A DNA stretch of 63,779 nt, filler included, from Nemertoderma westbladi (GCA_032718475.1; 3 parts of 3 records of this genome joined end to end with filler, not necessarily neighbours in it), one strand, 5' to 3'. Positions 50,313-63,249 are shown, numbered from the whole stretch's first letter. Notes: generated by a model not told the origin, from the letters alone. Numbers and translations are program-made.

Positions 50313-52024
50313 GAAAGAGACATGAAAAAAACTCAAAAAAACCGTGATTGGTAATTAATTATTAATTAAACGGGAATTTATATTTGCAATTATTTTTTAT
50401 CTTAAACTGTCCTCGAATTTACTTAATATTTTTTGAAGCAGAATTTTCAGGTTTAAAAGATGTGTTGTTTGGTGTTTCCTTGGTCGTTTTGTTTTATTAG
50501 TTATTTACATTAAAGTGTTTTTTTATTGTTTACAATTATTTAGGAGTGATTTATTTACAATAAGAAATAATAGTCATTAACCATTCCATCTCCTCTTAAA
50601 GAGATTATTGACTTTAATAAAGCTACAAAAAAAATAAAAATTTAGGAGATATTTAGAACAAGATGGCAGACAAGCTGTTTCCAATAAGAAACGTGTATTA
50701 TCGTCGAAAAAAGTGCATGATATACTAATTTATGAATTTCGGCCATTCGTTAACGCCAATTGGCCTGGAGGGGGGGGGGGGGGGGCATTTATATGCATGA
50801 AATTATTTTGGGTTTTAGATTACTTATTTACATTTGGTGTTTCCTTGGTCGTTTTGTTTTATATTCCTTGGTCGTTTTGTTTTATTAGTTATTTACATTG
50901 TTTTACATACAGTGTATTGTTTATTGATCACATTTTTACACAATATATTATTAGGTAGATATCTTATTTTATAATTAGTAGTCCTACCTGCAAATATTTC
51001 AATATTGTGCTACTTTTTCATACTGGTACTTAATGCCTTGAATGCTAATAATTATTGCCATTCATTTTCCTGTAACGTTACAATGGAATAGTTATTCGAA
51101 AAAAGGAAGTCAACGGATAACTATAACTGTACTTTCTTTCTATCATACATTTCCAATTGGCAATTCAGAAAGAGCGAAATTCAGATATTCTGCCTTGGTG
51201 TATTGTGTTTTGTACTCGTTGGAATTTAAACACTCGCTACTGTCGTCTATAAACCTACCAACTCAATGAGGGCAGAATAAATGAATATCGTTCATCGTCG
51301 TTCGGTCGTCATTTTTTCGAATATATTATTAATTAAATGTAATTTAATAATTGTTAATCAATCAGAATGATTTGTTTGCATAATACTATTAATAGTGATT
51401 ATAATGTCATAATAATGATTGCTGTCATAATTCACCAGAACTGATTCGTTTTCAAACTCTGCCAACGGAATATAACTTATCTAAGAATGCATGTGGGGTG
51501 GGTGTAAGAAATATGATCCTAATCCTATGTGAAGAATATCATCGTTTCAAAAGAATCCATACATGACGTCATGCTGGTAAGGGGATCGATCGGGTACGCT
51601 TTATTATAACTGTTTTATAGTGTGTTTCGAAATATTATTTGACAAATTGTAAGTATTGACGTAATGACGTGACGTTAAGTGACGTCATTTATGGAAAATA
51701 TTGCCGATCCTGTCGTTGTCCAGTCAGAATCCGATTTAAAAACCCCGTAATACACAGTGATTTCATTAAATTGCATGGAAGCTGAGAGGTCCTCCTCCTT
51801 TAGATCGCGTTCCTGCAGAGTCCACAAAACCTTGGATGGCATATACTCCCAAATGCTGGGCACTTGTTACTGTCTATAACACACATTATTGGACAAATAA
51901 ATATTAGGACATTGAAAGCCGCTGGTAAAACCAAGCCCTCCCTTCATATACAATTATATAATTAGTGCAGAGCACATAAATTACCAGTAGGCCATATACA
52001 AAACGAAAAGATAATCTGACGCAT

Positions 52025-53440
52025 ATGTCTGTCTCCTAAATAACGTTATTATTTGTCTGTCTCTCCTTTACAACGTTATGTATATGTGTCTCCTAAACAA
52101 CGTTATGTATATGTGTTTCCTAAACAACGTTATGTATATGTGTCTCCTAAACAACATTATGTATATATGTCTCCTTAACAATGTTATGTATATGTGTCTC
52201 CTAAACAATGTTATGTATATGTGTCTCCTAAACAACGTTATGTATCTATGTCTCCTAAACAACGTTATGTATATGTGTCTCCTAAACAACGTTATGTATA
52301 TGTGTCTCCTAAACAACATTATGTATATATGTCTCCTTAACAATGTTATGTATATGTGTCTCCTAAACAATGTTATGTATATGTGTCTCCTAAACAACGT
52401 TATGTATCTATGTCTCCTAAACAACGTTATGTATATGTGTCTCCTAAACAACGTTATGTATATGTGTCTCCTAAACAACGTTATGTATATATGTCTCCTT
52501 AACAATGTTATGTATATGTGTCTCCTAAACAATGTTATGTATATGTGTCTCTTAAACAACGTTATGTATATGTGTCTCATAAACAACGTTATGTATATGT
52601 CTCCTTAACAATGTTATGTATATGTGTCTCCTAAACAACGTTATGTCTATGTGTCTCCTAAACAACGTTATGTATATGTGTCTCCTAAACAACGTTATGG
52701 TTATGTGTCTCCTAAACAACGTTATGTATATGTGTCTCCTAAACAACATTATGTATATATGTCTCCTTAACAATGTTATGTATATGTGTCTCCTAAACAA
52801 TGTTATGTATATGTGTCTCCTAAATAACGTTATGTATCTATGTCTCCTAAACAACGTTATGTATATGTGTCTCCTAAACAACGTTATGTATATGTGTCTC
52901 CTAAACAACGTTATGTATATATGTCTCCTTAACAATGTTATGTATATGTGTCTCCTAAACAATGTTATGTATATGTGTCTCTTAAACAACGTTATGTATA
53001 TGTGTCTCCTAAACAACGTTATGTATATATGTCTCCTTAACAATGTTATGTATATGTGTCTCCTAAACAATGTTATGTATATGTGTCTCTTAAACAACGT
53101 TATGTATATGTGTCTCATAAACAACGTTATGTATATATGTCTCCTTAACAATGTTATGTATATGTGTCTCCTAAACAACGTTATGTCTATGTGTCTCCTA
53201 AACAACGTTATGTATATGTGTCTCCTAAACAACGTTATGGTTATGTGTCTCCTAAACAACGTTATGTATATGTGTCTCCTAAACAACGTTATGTATATGT
53301 GTCTCCTAAACAACGTTATGTATATATGTCTCCTTAACAATGTTATGTATATGTGTCTCCTAAACAATGTTATGTATATGTGTCTCCTAAACAATGTTAT
53401 GTATATGTGTCTCCTAAAGAACGTCATGTATATGTGTTAG
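52025..53440. repeat. 27-bp minisatellite, ~52 copies
   Basis: Unit AACGTTATGTATATGTGTCTCCTAAAC. Confidence 0.97.
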
Positions 53441-53441
53441 T

Positions 53442-53740
53442 ATATTACAAGTAACAATAGGGCTAGTTGTTCGGAATTAAAAAAGCAAAATTAAAAACAA
53501 AATAGCCAATATTAGTGAACAAAAAATTCCAGATCTCTTATTTTAACATAAAATAAAACATCACCATTACTTATGAAATTTAAATAGTAATATAATTTAC
53601 TAATTAATAAATATATGTTACAAGTAACAATAGGGCTAGTTTTTCAAAATTAAAAAAGCAAAAATTAAAAAAAAATTACAAATATTAGTAAACAAAAATT
53701 TCCAGATCTCTTATTTTAACATAAAATAAATCATCACCAC
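53442..53740. repeat. ~175-bp tandem duplication
   Basis: TTACAAGTAACAATAGGGCTAGTT...CCAGATCTCTTATTTTAACATAAAATAAA occurs twice. Confidence 0.8.
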
Positions 53741-54252
53741 AAAAATTCATGATTGCTAAGTCACTGATCGAAAAATAGTTTTTGCAAAATTTCGTTCAAA
53801 TCAAGTAATCTTTCTAAGACGTAACTTCTTTGACATAATGTAATACATCAACTCATTTTTTTGAAAAAGCCGTGCGAGTGACCGATTTAGAATACAAAAT
53901 GTTAGAATTGTAATTATTTGATGGTATATTTCGTATATCAATTTAGGATCTTGTTCAAAAATCCAAAAAAACCTAAAAAAAGTGAAAATTTTGAAAATTT
54001 GACATTTTTGTGCCTTTTAACTCGTAACCATAGGGCATTTTGGTAATGCTATTAAATGGCATTGCAAATCATTTTATGATATTAACAAAACATTAATAGT
54101 TCTTTAATTTTTGATGGGATGGACCTGGTTTTTGTTTTACTCATTAAGTATGAGTTGCTTTAATTGAATTTGCTTTGAAAAATAAGTTTGCACATTCTAA
54201 AACAAACTTATGCGAGTCTTTCAAACACTGGCCCTATTGCGACTTTGCAAAG

Positions 54253-54320
<68 letters not shown>

Positions 54321-54789
54321 TGATTTTTATAGGTATAGATAATAAATGGCCTGCAGCGAACAATAATTCTTGCAATCTTTGAACGCCTATTTCTCAGCTG
54401 TTTCTCAGCGAAATTCAGACATTGTTACATATTTGGAATCCTTGCAACGCAAGCTTTCTATTGATGTGAAAAAATTACGACTAAAGTGAAGAATGGCAAT
54501 GATACAGAGGGTGCGATTTCGCAAAAGACACTTTTTTAAAACGCTTATAAATAAAATTTAAAGGAAAAATTAAAAATTCCGGCTTCATGGGGTCAACCAC
54601 GGTGAGTTGAACTAGTTGTGTTTCATATTTCAAGCAATATGACAAAGATTTGTAGAAAAATCTGGGGGGGGGGGGGGGGGGGGGGTGTCCGTGTCATCAG
54701 AAAATTACACTACTGTATATTACGGGTCATGGTGTATTAAGAATGCTGTGCCGGTTTGTCGACAAAACTGCACCGCCACAACTCCTATC

Positions 54790-54995
54790 ACCAAAATCGT
54801 CCACACAAACGCAGGAATACCGGTACTTCGTGACTTCGTAGTTAACGAAGCGACTTCGTAGTCCTGGCGGTTAACGAAGCGAACCCATCGCTCCCGCAAG
54901 TCCGGTGCTGTCGGAAACTTAAATGAAGGTTTCCAAACGCCACTAGTGTTAGTGTACCCTGTCTTGCAGCCAATGACGCAACATTTATTCACCAA
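54790..54995 (-). pseudogene. THAP zinc-finger relic (P-element/THAP9-like transposase N-terminus) abutting an RTE 3' fragment (54735-54790)
   Basis: VNKCCVIGC...FKFP...RERWVRFVNR. The second half (SCVCVDDF, cf. VC..HF) lies in another frame and the start codon is disrupted. Confidence 0.7.
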
Positions 54996-55070
54996 TGTTT
55001 GAATGTGAATAATTATGAATAATTAATATTTAATTGAATAACTTAAGCAATGCAGCAATGAGCAGATTAA

Positions 55071-55397
55071 GGGGCCGTCCAAGTATGACGTCAGCACTTT
55101 AGGGAAGGGGGGGGGGGGGGGGGGTTGGGAAAATCTGATGTTCATTTATAGGTGCTAGAAGAGAGCAGACGAGTAAATAGCTTGCCTATTTTAATTGTTC
55201 GAAGCCCCGAAAGGCCCGTAGCACGACCTTCTGTTTCAGTTACCACTCACCATGTTTCAGTGATTAAGACGCGAAAATTTTTTTAATCTGATTTAGGGGA
55301 GGGAGGGGGTCAACGCCTATCTGATGACATCTAATTTAGGGGAGGGAGGGGGTCAACATTTTGGGGAAAAGTGCAGACGTCATACTTGGACGGCCCC
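55071..55397. mobile_element. PIF/Harbinger (Tourist-like) MITE
   Basis: Perfect 22-bp TIR GGGGCCGTCCAAGTATGACGTC with a TAA target-site duplication on both sides. Confidence 0.9.
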
Positions 55398-56221
55398 TAA
55401 GGTGAGCAGTAAGGAATACAATATCAGACCAGTTAGGTTAAGTATTTTACACTTAAGGCAGCAAAGTATCTTTACTGGCAACTGGTAGAATTAATACTGT
55501 AATAAGGCAGGGTACATCATACAGTAATGGAAAAAACAATTAATAAATAAATAAATATTTTATAACTATTAAATAAATACACAATGTTCTAGAACATTTT
55601 GTTTATCCCATATGTAGCTTGGCAACAATGCAATGCCTACATGATAATACGAGTATAAGGATATTCATACATAATCAAAATGTTCTAGAAAATTGTGTAT
55701 TTATTAAATAGAATAAATGGCCCGCAGTGGAAACAAATACATGCAATATTCGAATGCCCATATCTCAGCTATTTCCCAACCAAATTCACATATTTTTACA
55801 TATTTGGAATCCTTGCATGGGCAGCTTTCTATTGGTACCATCAAATCACTAGAAGGTTGAAGAATAACTGTAGTGTAACTGGTGAAATATCACCAGAGAC
55901 ACCTTTTTTAAACGCTTGTAGCTAAATAATGAAGGCAAAAGTAAAAATTCTGGCTCACCCAGCAAGGAGGAGGGAGGTGAATCTATCTCTGTTTCAAATT
56001 TCATACAATCTCATTACGATTTGTAGAAAAATTTGGGGGGGGGGGGGTGGCAGGTACCTGAATAACGACACTATATTCCAGGACATGCTGTAATTACTAT
56101 AAACATTGTGGACTAACACAACACTGCATCGACCACTTATGCCACTTATGCCACTTATTCTACGAATGTAACGTGTACGCGCATATACGTCCAACCGAAC
56201 TGTCCACACGTGAAACTATTC

Positions 56222-57569
56222 GGGTAACAGACGTTTCGGTCTAAGACGTTTTGGCCTAGGACGTTTCGGCCCAATGAATGAAATACAAGATTTGCTTGTC
56301 GGACGTTTTGGCCCAAAGATTCACTTTACTCCCTTAAATAAGCTATTAATAATAAATAAGTTATTCAATATATTTGTTTTGTAGTTGTTACGTTCGTTAC
56401 AAGAGGAGTTGTCAGTAGGAACTGCTCGAACACTTGTTTGAAAGTCGTCAAGATCGAAGTTCTACATTATATTTATAAATAATAACTAATGTAATATTAT
56501 TATTATTATTTATTAATATAAATATACACCATACTGTAACTTAGAACAAAGATAACATATGCTGACAAATTAACCTTAGTATTATGATGATGGGGTTTCC
56601 CCCATAAAAAAACATACGTATTTTAAAATGTGAGTCAATAAATTAAGTACATTAAAATAAACCGAATTAAAATTATTACTGTATTTTAATGTTGGTCTTA
56701 AAAATATAATAGATAAGAAATATTTCATTATAGGAGCATTGCTAATAATTAAGAGACAGACAGGATGTCATATGGAATGAGATAAAATATATGCGTATTA
56801 AATTTAAATTTAGATGAAATATATGCGTATTAAATTTGAATTTAGATGAAATGTATGCGTATTAAATTTAAATTTAGATGAAATGTATGCGCATTAAAAG
56901 GACCAGAGTGGATGTGAAGTGAAATAAAATATGTATTAAAAGCATATGTATTAATAAAAGCATTATACGTCGTTATCTATCTATCAGTATAAATCAAAAT
57001 CATCTATCATCGAAGATGAGAGTTATTGTTTCAACAGATCATTAAGACATAGCTGCAACACACTGTCCAGCTACAATAATTATCAATTGAGTAGGCCTAA
57101 TGTTTAAAGTTAATGAAGTATCTCCAAAATATATCGATCAGACGAGATTTAAGCTCTACATGGGTCGTGAAATTGATTCACTTTGGTAGTACTGTATATT
57201 ATGATTAGTAATGTGGTACTCGAGACCAATAGATTTGTTCTGACTTGCATTTTTTCGGCCGCATAACATAACTGATGGCGAATTGTCTATGGAACCAGTA
57301 ACCAGAACACCACTTCCCTAATGTTTATTTTATTTTGAAATAAAGATAAATTAAATAGCCATTTCATGAAAGATATTTTATTAAGTGTTTGTATGTTATT
57401 GTGAAATAATTATTATTTTAATGAATAATTATTATCATATCAAAAAAAGTTAGCCTTTTCATTAAGTTACAGTCATGGGCCGAAATGTCCGGGCCGAATC
57501 GTCCGGGCCGAAATGTCCAGGCCGAAACGTCCTGGACCGAAACGTCCTAGGCCGAAACGTCTGTATACC
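56222..57569. mobile_element. Non-autonomous Mutator/foldback-type element
   Basis: 9-bp TSD AAACTATTC (56213-56221, 57570-57578); TIRs built from 15-bp GACGTTTCGGCC subrepeats. Confidence 0.88.
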
Positions 57570-57952
57570 AAACTATTCACATACGAGCTAACAAGGGTCG
57601 CACACCTAACAATAACGACGACATGGAATACTCTGCACACTTATCTTCATCACGGACCCCATTACTAAAGTTATATATAATTTGATTATTTACGTATTTC
57701 CGCAGTTATCATACACTTATATTATATTATATTATTGCAACTTTTTGCATCAATTTATAAACAAGACATTTACATAAACAAGACACTGGTACCTAATATA
57801 TAATATATTTCACATTCTGTAACTTTAATTCTTTGTACTAGTAGTTTATTACATACACCTCATTTACATGACTTCGATAGAACTTTAAATTAAATAACTA
57901 ATTAATACAGCGCCCGTTCACACCCTTTTACTTATTTGCTGCGATTAGATAT

Positions 57953-58980
57953 TGTGACGGGATCCGAGAGGATCCCAGTTTATCCGGTGTTGGTTACGTA
58001 CGCGTCAGCCGCACCGTGTGATGGAAAAGGTGATAAGTTTGTTGTTCCAGTATTGCTGATAAGGTATAATATAGTTGATAGCATATACAGATATAATAGC
58101 AGATAACACGGTAATATACTATGGGTGACGGCGGTGACGGTCCTAACTGTCACCGTACTACCTGACTGTACTGACAGACTGAGATAACTGAGTGAAAGCC
58201 GCATCGACCGGTAATATATATCGCACAGTTGGCCATATTGCTACTCTACCTAATCGATGCCTTTCCCCCTCTGATTGGTTGATACCCTTGTTGGCGCCCT
58301 TCGGAGTGTTCCCGTTCACTCCTCCTGTTCTCTCTGGGTTAGGGGTTTGGCCCCTGACCCCTATTGTGTGTTTCTCTCCTTCCCACTCTATTGGGGTGAC
58401 ACGAGGTTGATATTGGTAATCAACCTCGTGCTCCCAATATTGCTTAATGGCTCACTCTATGGGTTAGTGTTAGCGGAATTGGATAAGCTAACACTCCCCC
58501 CCATGCTATCTTCCCGGTGAGAAGATAGCATCCAACTAAAGTGCGCTACAATTCCGCTGGATCCCGATCTAACATCGGGTGTGGGGTGGGTATATTTTTT
58601 CGGAGTCGGCTTTCCAGGCCGCTCCCTATGGGTATGATGTCACTACCCTCTGGCGTCTCGTGTCGGGCCGATCGTGCGCTTCTCTCACACAATTTTTGTT
58701 TCCCCAACACTCTCACCACTCTACTCCAACTCTCGCATACTCCCGGACCTCCTCGTCCCACACTCTTCCTCTCACTTCTCCTCCCCCACACTTGAATTGC
58801 GCCCACGCTCTCTTCGCACTCCGCACTATTACTCCATCCCTCCTTGACTACCTTATCCCTTCTGACGAATCTCACCCCCCCTCCGTGCCGTCGCACTCAG
58901 GAAATGTGAAATTGTCTGGTGTCTCGTCCATAGTGCCATAGTCAGTTTACCCCCCAGTCCCAGTAGCTAATTGAGAAAGG
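57953..58980 (-). mobile_element. Possible decayed Gypsy-type LTR retrotransposon 3' end / LTR
   Basis: TGTGAC...GTGACA-bounded ~450-bp segment; the adjacent purine-rich minus strand has a VVRVLG...RH remnant reminiscent of an integrase C-terminus. No clear PPT or TSD. Confidence 0.3.
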
Positions 58981-59139
58981 TTGTATGACTATTTACATAT
59001 AGTAGAGTATATTCCCCTTCATTTAATAATTTTACATATTATTATTTTACCAGTAATAACAATCCACAGTGACGCTTATTCAGAATCCTTATAAATCTAC
59101 TTTTCCATTTTTCCACAATATATACTCACATATATACTC

Positions 59140-59545
59140 ATCAATTGAGGGAAAGGAACAGGTTACAGAAGCAGGATTTTCTAACCAAAACAATAAACCA
59201 TATGGTTACCAACTGAGGGAAAGGAACAGGTTACATAGGCAGGAATTTCTAACCAAAACAATAAACGATATGGTTACCAACTGAGGGAAAGGAACAGGTT
59301 ACATAGGCAGGAATTTCTAACCAAAACAATAAACGATATGGTTACCAACTGAGGGAAAGGAACAGGTCACAGAGTGAGGAATTTCTAACAAAAACAATAA
59401 ACGATATGGTTACCAACTGAGGGAAAGGAACAAGTTACATAGGCAGGAATTTCTAACCAAAACAATAAACGATATGGTTACCAACTGAGGGAAAGGAACA
59501 GGTCACAGAGTGAGGAATTTCTAACGAAAACAATAAACGACATAT
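59140..59545. repeat. 68-bp tandem repeat (~6 copies) amplified from a dispersed repeat motif
   Basis: Unit GGTTACCAACTGAGGGAAAGGAACAGGTTACATAGGCAGGAATTTCTAACCAAAACAATAAACGATAT; a single related copy is at ~3680-3760. Confidence 0.92.
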
Positions 59546-61312
59546 TTCTGTAATAGGCCTACTATTGGTATTGTATAGTCTGATATCATAATATATAGCC
59601 TACTGCTGTACTGCGGTACTGTACTGTACTGTACCGTAATGTATAATAAAATATCTATATATCAAGCACTCACGTGAAGACTATGATATGCTGTGACACC
59701 AGTCAGACAATCTGCGAGTTTATAATTGTGAATTGGTTCATTTAATCAATGTTCATCACCATGAATTTAATTAATTGTGGTTTCAAAAGACCCGCAAGAC
59801 TTTCTGCTTTCAATTGATATAAGCCACGTATGAAATGATTGAGATTAAATGTGTATTTGAACGATTCTAAAATCACCCTCGATAGAAACCAATATAAGAA
59901 ATTATCTGAGCACTGCGTAATAACGTCAAATATGTAGCAGCCAATCACAGCCGACTTCCAAAATTGGCTTCTCGCTCCTACTTAAACCCGCCATTTCAAC
60001 CGTTTCCTCGTGTTTTTGCAAAAAAACACACACCGTCACTCGATTCAGGGCACCTTGTTACCCCTTATTCAATTGTTTCTAGCCCAACGATTTTTTCGCG
60101 CACCAACCCTTTTTTAAGTCACTTACTCTACAACAGTACTGTACATTCACACTTAACAAGTATCGACAAATCAAATAATACCTTTCTAAGTGTGCGGCGG
60201 TGGCGGGAAATATGAAATAGGGCCATGGGATCGTATTCTTTATCATTACCGGTAACACTATATTACAGTAAAGTTGTAATGAAGAAGGACACCGTAAGGG
60301 GTCAGAAATATTGAAAAAAAACTTATTTTTTGTAATTTTAATCATCCTACTGTCCCGTTTATCTTTGCTATTATGTTAATAATGGATCTCAACGCACTGA
60401 AAATTATAATAAATAATAATAACACAAAAACTACCACCTATATTAGAGAACTTAATAGTTTTCTTTCGTTCCGATATATTTCTTTATATAACATATACCT
60501 TATGTATAACCAAACATTGAAACTACCTACTGTATAACACTTTCATTCAATCACCAAAAAAGTTAGAGAATTACCATTAGGGTGTGTGTCCTTTGAAATT
60601 AACCCTCATTTCCGATGCATTTAGTAGCTCAAATAAAGTAGAACGAATAGATACTCAATGACTACAAATGTTCTAACATAATATAGGCAAGTAATGTATA
60701 TGTTATTATTATAACTAGTTAATATGCAGATGGTACTGTAGTAACGGTGTGTGGTTGGGGAGTGGATGGCCATCATTGCGGCACTGTGCACAGTAAGTCA
60801 TAACAAGGTAATGTCATAACAGAATAATGAAATAAGTATGTTAGTATATGCGATATACAATAGAAAATAAATATGTAGTGAATTATATTTAAAATACATA
60901 AAATAAATTAAAATAAGTCTGTAGGATAGTGATGTTAAAATAGGAACAAACAGCACATTAAAATATTAAAATACTTAAAAATTAATAAAATAAAATGATT
61001 TAAGTTAGTAGTTTTATTCTTAAAATAAGCAATGTTTAATAAAATAAGTATATTATGTAATGTAGGTTTACTGAATTAAAATAATGTAGAAATAATGTAT
61101 TTAAAAAAATGAAATAAAAATATAAAAGTTTATGTTATTTTGCACTATTATTCTAGCTAGTGCTGATTGTAGCCCCAAACACGTTAATCCCCCTGACAGA
61201 ACGGCTGACGCTGACGACAACTGGTTAGGTTACCCTTATCGGTCGGTGTTTACAGCTGCACAGCATTATCTTGGACTGGCATAGGCCTACTGCACTGCCT
61301 TGTTGTATCATT

Positions 61313-62779
61313 ATGCCTGGAAAGAAAAGAATAGGTGCGTCGGTTTACAAATCAAATGGGAATGTTGCAGACTCGAAAAGAAGACGTCCAGTTGAAACGA
61401 CAGAGCGAGTGTCGGACAATTCTGTACCGATTCCAAGTGGTAGCGGCCCTAGTGCGTCCAGCACCGCCACCCGGGTGCCAACCAAGGCCCCTCGCCTATC
61501 CACCAGCGACCCCGCTCTCTCCCAGCCCCTCTCCCACCCCTCCTGGCCTTCCCCTCTCCTCAACGGAACCGCTCTCTCCCTCGGACAGAACATATTCGGG
61601 CAGCTGGGCGTCGACCCTGATGACGTTGACGAATCCCGCTCACCTCGTCCCGTAGAACTCCCCGACGCTTCCGATCGCTCTGTCGTCCAGGTCGTCTCTG
61701 GCGGGATGCACACGGTGCTGCTAACGGGACGCGGCTCAGTCTACAGCTTCGGGTGCAATGACGAGTTCGCGCTAGGTCGCAGCACTGAGGGCCCCGATTC
61801 GACCCCCGAGCACTGCCCCGCCCGGGTCGAGGGCCTCCCGGACGACGTCCGACTAATCTCCGCCGGAGACTCCCACAGCGCGGCTCTCACAGCCCGCGGC
61901 TCGCTCTACGTCTGGGGGAACTTTCGGAGTTCGTCGAGCGGATCCATCGGGTTGATGGAGTCTGGAGTCGTTAAACGGCGGGCCACCGAACTACTGGTTC
62001 GGAACGCAGACCCCCGGGACCGTCGGAAGTACCTCCGGATCCGGAAGATGGACTCAGGAGAGAACCATCTGGTGGCGCTAACGGAGGACGGCTGTGTGTA
62101 TACGTTGGGGTCCGGGGTGCAGGGCCAGTTGGGGCGGCTCACTGGGGCCTTCCTAGAGAACGGAGGCCGACGGGGTCTGTCGCTCACACTGACGCCCCAG
62201 AAGGTGAAGCTGAGAGGCCACGGGAAGGTCCATCGGTTTGCGGACGTGTTCGCAGGAGATAACTCTAGTTTCGCGCTCACGGAGGGCGGCTGCTGGTTCG
62301 CGTGGGGACTCAACAACTACGACCAACTCGGGTTGGCGGAGGGCGGACGGGATGTGGTGCCGCTGCCGGAGCGGGTTCCCTCGCTGGAGGGAGTCGACGC
62401 GGTGGCTGTGGGATGCGGACAGCACCACGCGTTGGCGCGGTCCGCCGCCGGCCAGCTGTACGCGGTGGGACGCAGCCACGATGGGCGACTGGGTATCGGC
62501 GCCCAGCAGGGCGACCGAGCGCGACTCACCGAGGTGGCCTCGTTTGGGCGCGTAGCCCGACACGTAGCCGCCGGGATCGCCTGCTCCTTCTCGGTTACCG
62601 AGCAACGGGTGTACGCGTGGGGGAGCAACGGGGACTCCCAGTTGGGTGTCGGGAAACCCTACCGGGAGGTGGTCGAGTCGCCGACTCCAATGGTTGGGAA
62701 GGAGTTGGATGGGAGACGAGTTCTATCCGTATCCGTAGGGGGGCAGCACGCTGTACTGTTAGTGGCACCCACCAGTTAG
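61313..62779 (+). CDS. RCC1: Regulator of chromosome condensation RCC1 (RanGEF), intron-free CDS
   Basis: Basic N-terminal tail/NLS (MPGKKR...KRRR); GGMHTV, FGCNDEFALGR, SAGDSHSAAL, WGNFR, QGQLGR, WGLNNYDQLG, VGGQH repeats. First ATG at 61313. Confidence 0.93.
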   Translation: MPGKKRIGASVYKSNGNVADSKRRRPVETTERVSDNSVPIPSGSGPSASSTATRVPTKAPRLSTSDPALSQPLSHPSWPSPLLNGTALSLGQNIFGQLGVDPDDVDESRSPRPVELPDASDRSVVQVVSGGMHTVLLTGRGSVYSFGCNDEFALGRSTEGPDSTPEHCPARVEGLPDDVRLISAGDSHSAALTARGSLYVWGNFRSSSSGSIGLMESGVVKRRATELLVRNADPRDRRKYLRIRKMDSGENHLVALTEDGCVYTLGSGVQGQLGRLTGAFLENGGRRGLSLTLTPQKVKLRGHGKVHRFADVFAGDNSSFALTEGGCWFAWGLNNYDQLGLAEGGRDVVPLPERVPSLEGVDAVAVGCGQHHALARSAAGQLYAVGRSHDGRLGIGAQQGDRARLTEVASFGRVARHVAAGIACSFSVTEQRVYAWGSNGDSQLGVGKPYREVVESPTPMVGKELDGRRVLSVSVGGQHAVLLVAPTS

Positions 62780-62940
62780 TGGTACCGGTACCCACCAGTT
62801 AGTGGTACCGGTACCCACCAGTTAGTGGTACCGGTACCCACCAGTTAGTGGTACCGGTACACACCAGTTAGTGGTACCGGTACCCACCAGTTTGTGGTAC
62901 CGGTACCCACCAGTTTGTGGTACCGGTACCCACCAGTTAG
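62768..62940 (+). repeat. 23-bp tandem repeat (~7.5 copies) overlapping the RCC1 stop codon
   Basis: Unit CCCACCAGTTAGTGGTACCGGTA. Confidence 0.95.
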
Positions 62941-63249
62941 TTATATTGAACATATATGAACTTCTTTAAATGTTATATACTTTAGATACTTACTTATTTT
63001 CTTCCAACTGCCTTTTAATTATTTCTATCGTATTTTATGCAATATCTATCCGCGGTGCTTAGCCCTTTATAAGTGGCTATTAACTCCAGTTGAGAATCAA
63101 ATGATTTTGTAAGAATAACTCTTATTTGATTCAATATGACTTATATATTTCTGCCATATGTTGTTTACCGTTATCATTTTAATATAATAAGATTATATTA
63201 TTTGTTTATTTCACGCCGTCTCTATTCTTACATTAATATGATACCCCAT

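Noticed and set aside
51675-51880. Coding-like minus-strand segment after a TTATAG acceptor-like site
   Set aside because: All three frames are briefly open and none gives a recognisable protein. It could be an orphan exon or TE relic but cannot be supported.
52068-53440. Repetitive ORFs on both strands (RRHIYITLF / MYMCLLNNV)
   Set aside because: By-products of a 27-bp minisatellite. The same applies to ORF 63233-63727.
59650-60720. Possible Helitron (TCTATAT start, CCAAT-rich interior, CTAGT end)
   Set aside because: No subterminal hairpin and no second copy in the window to define boundaries.
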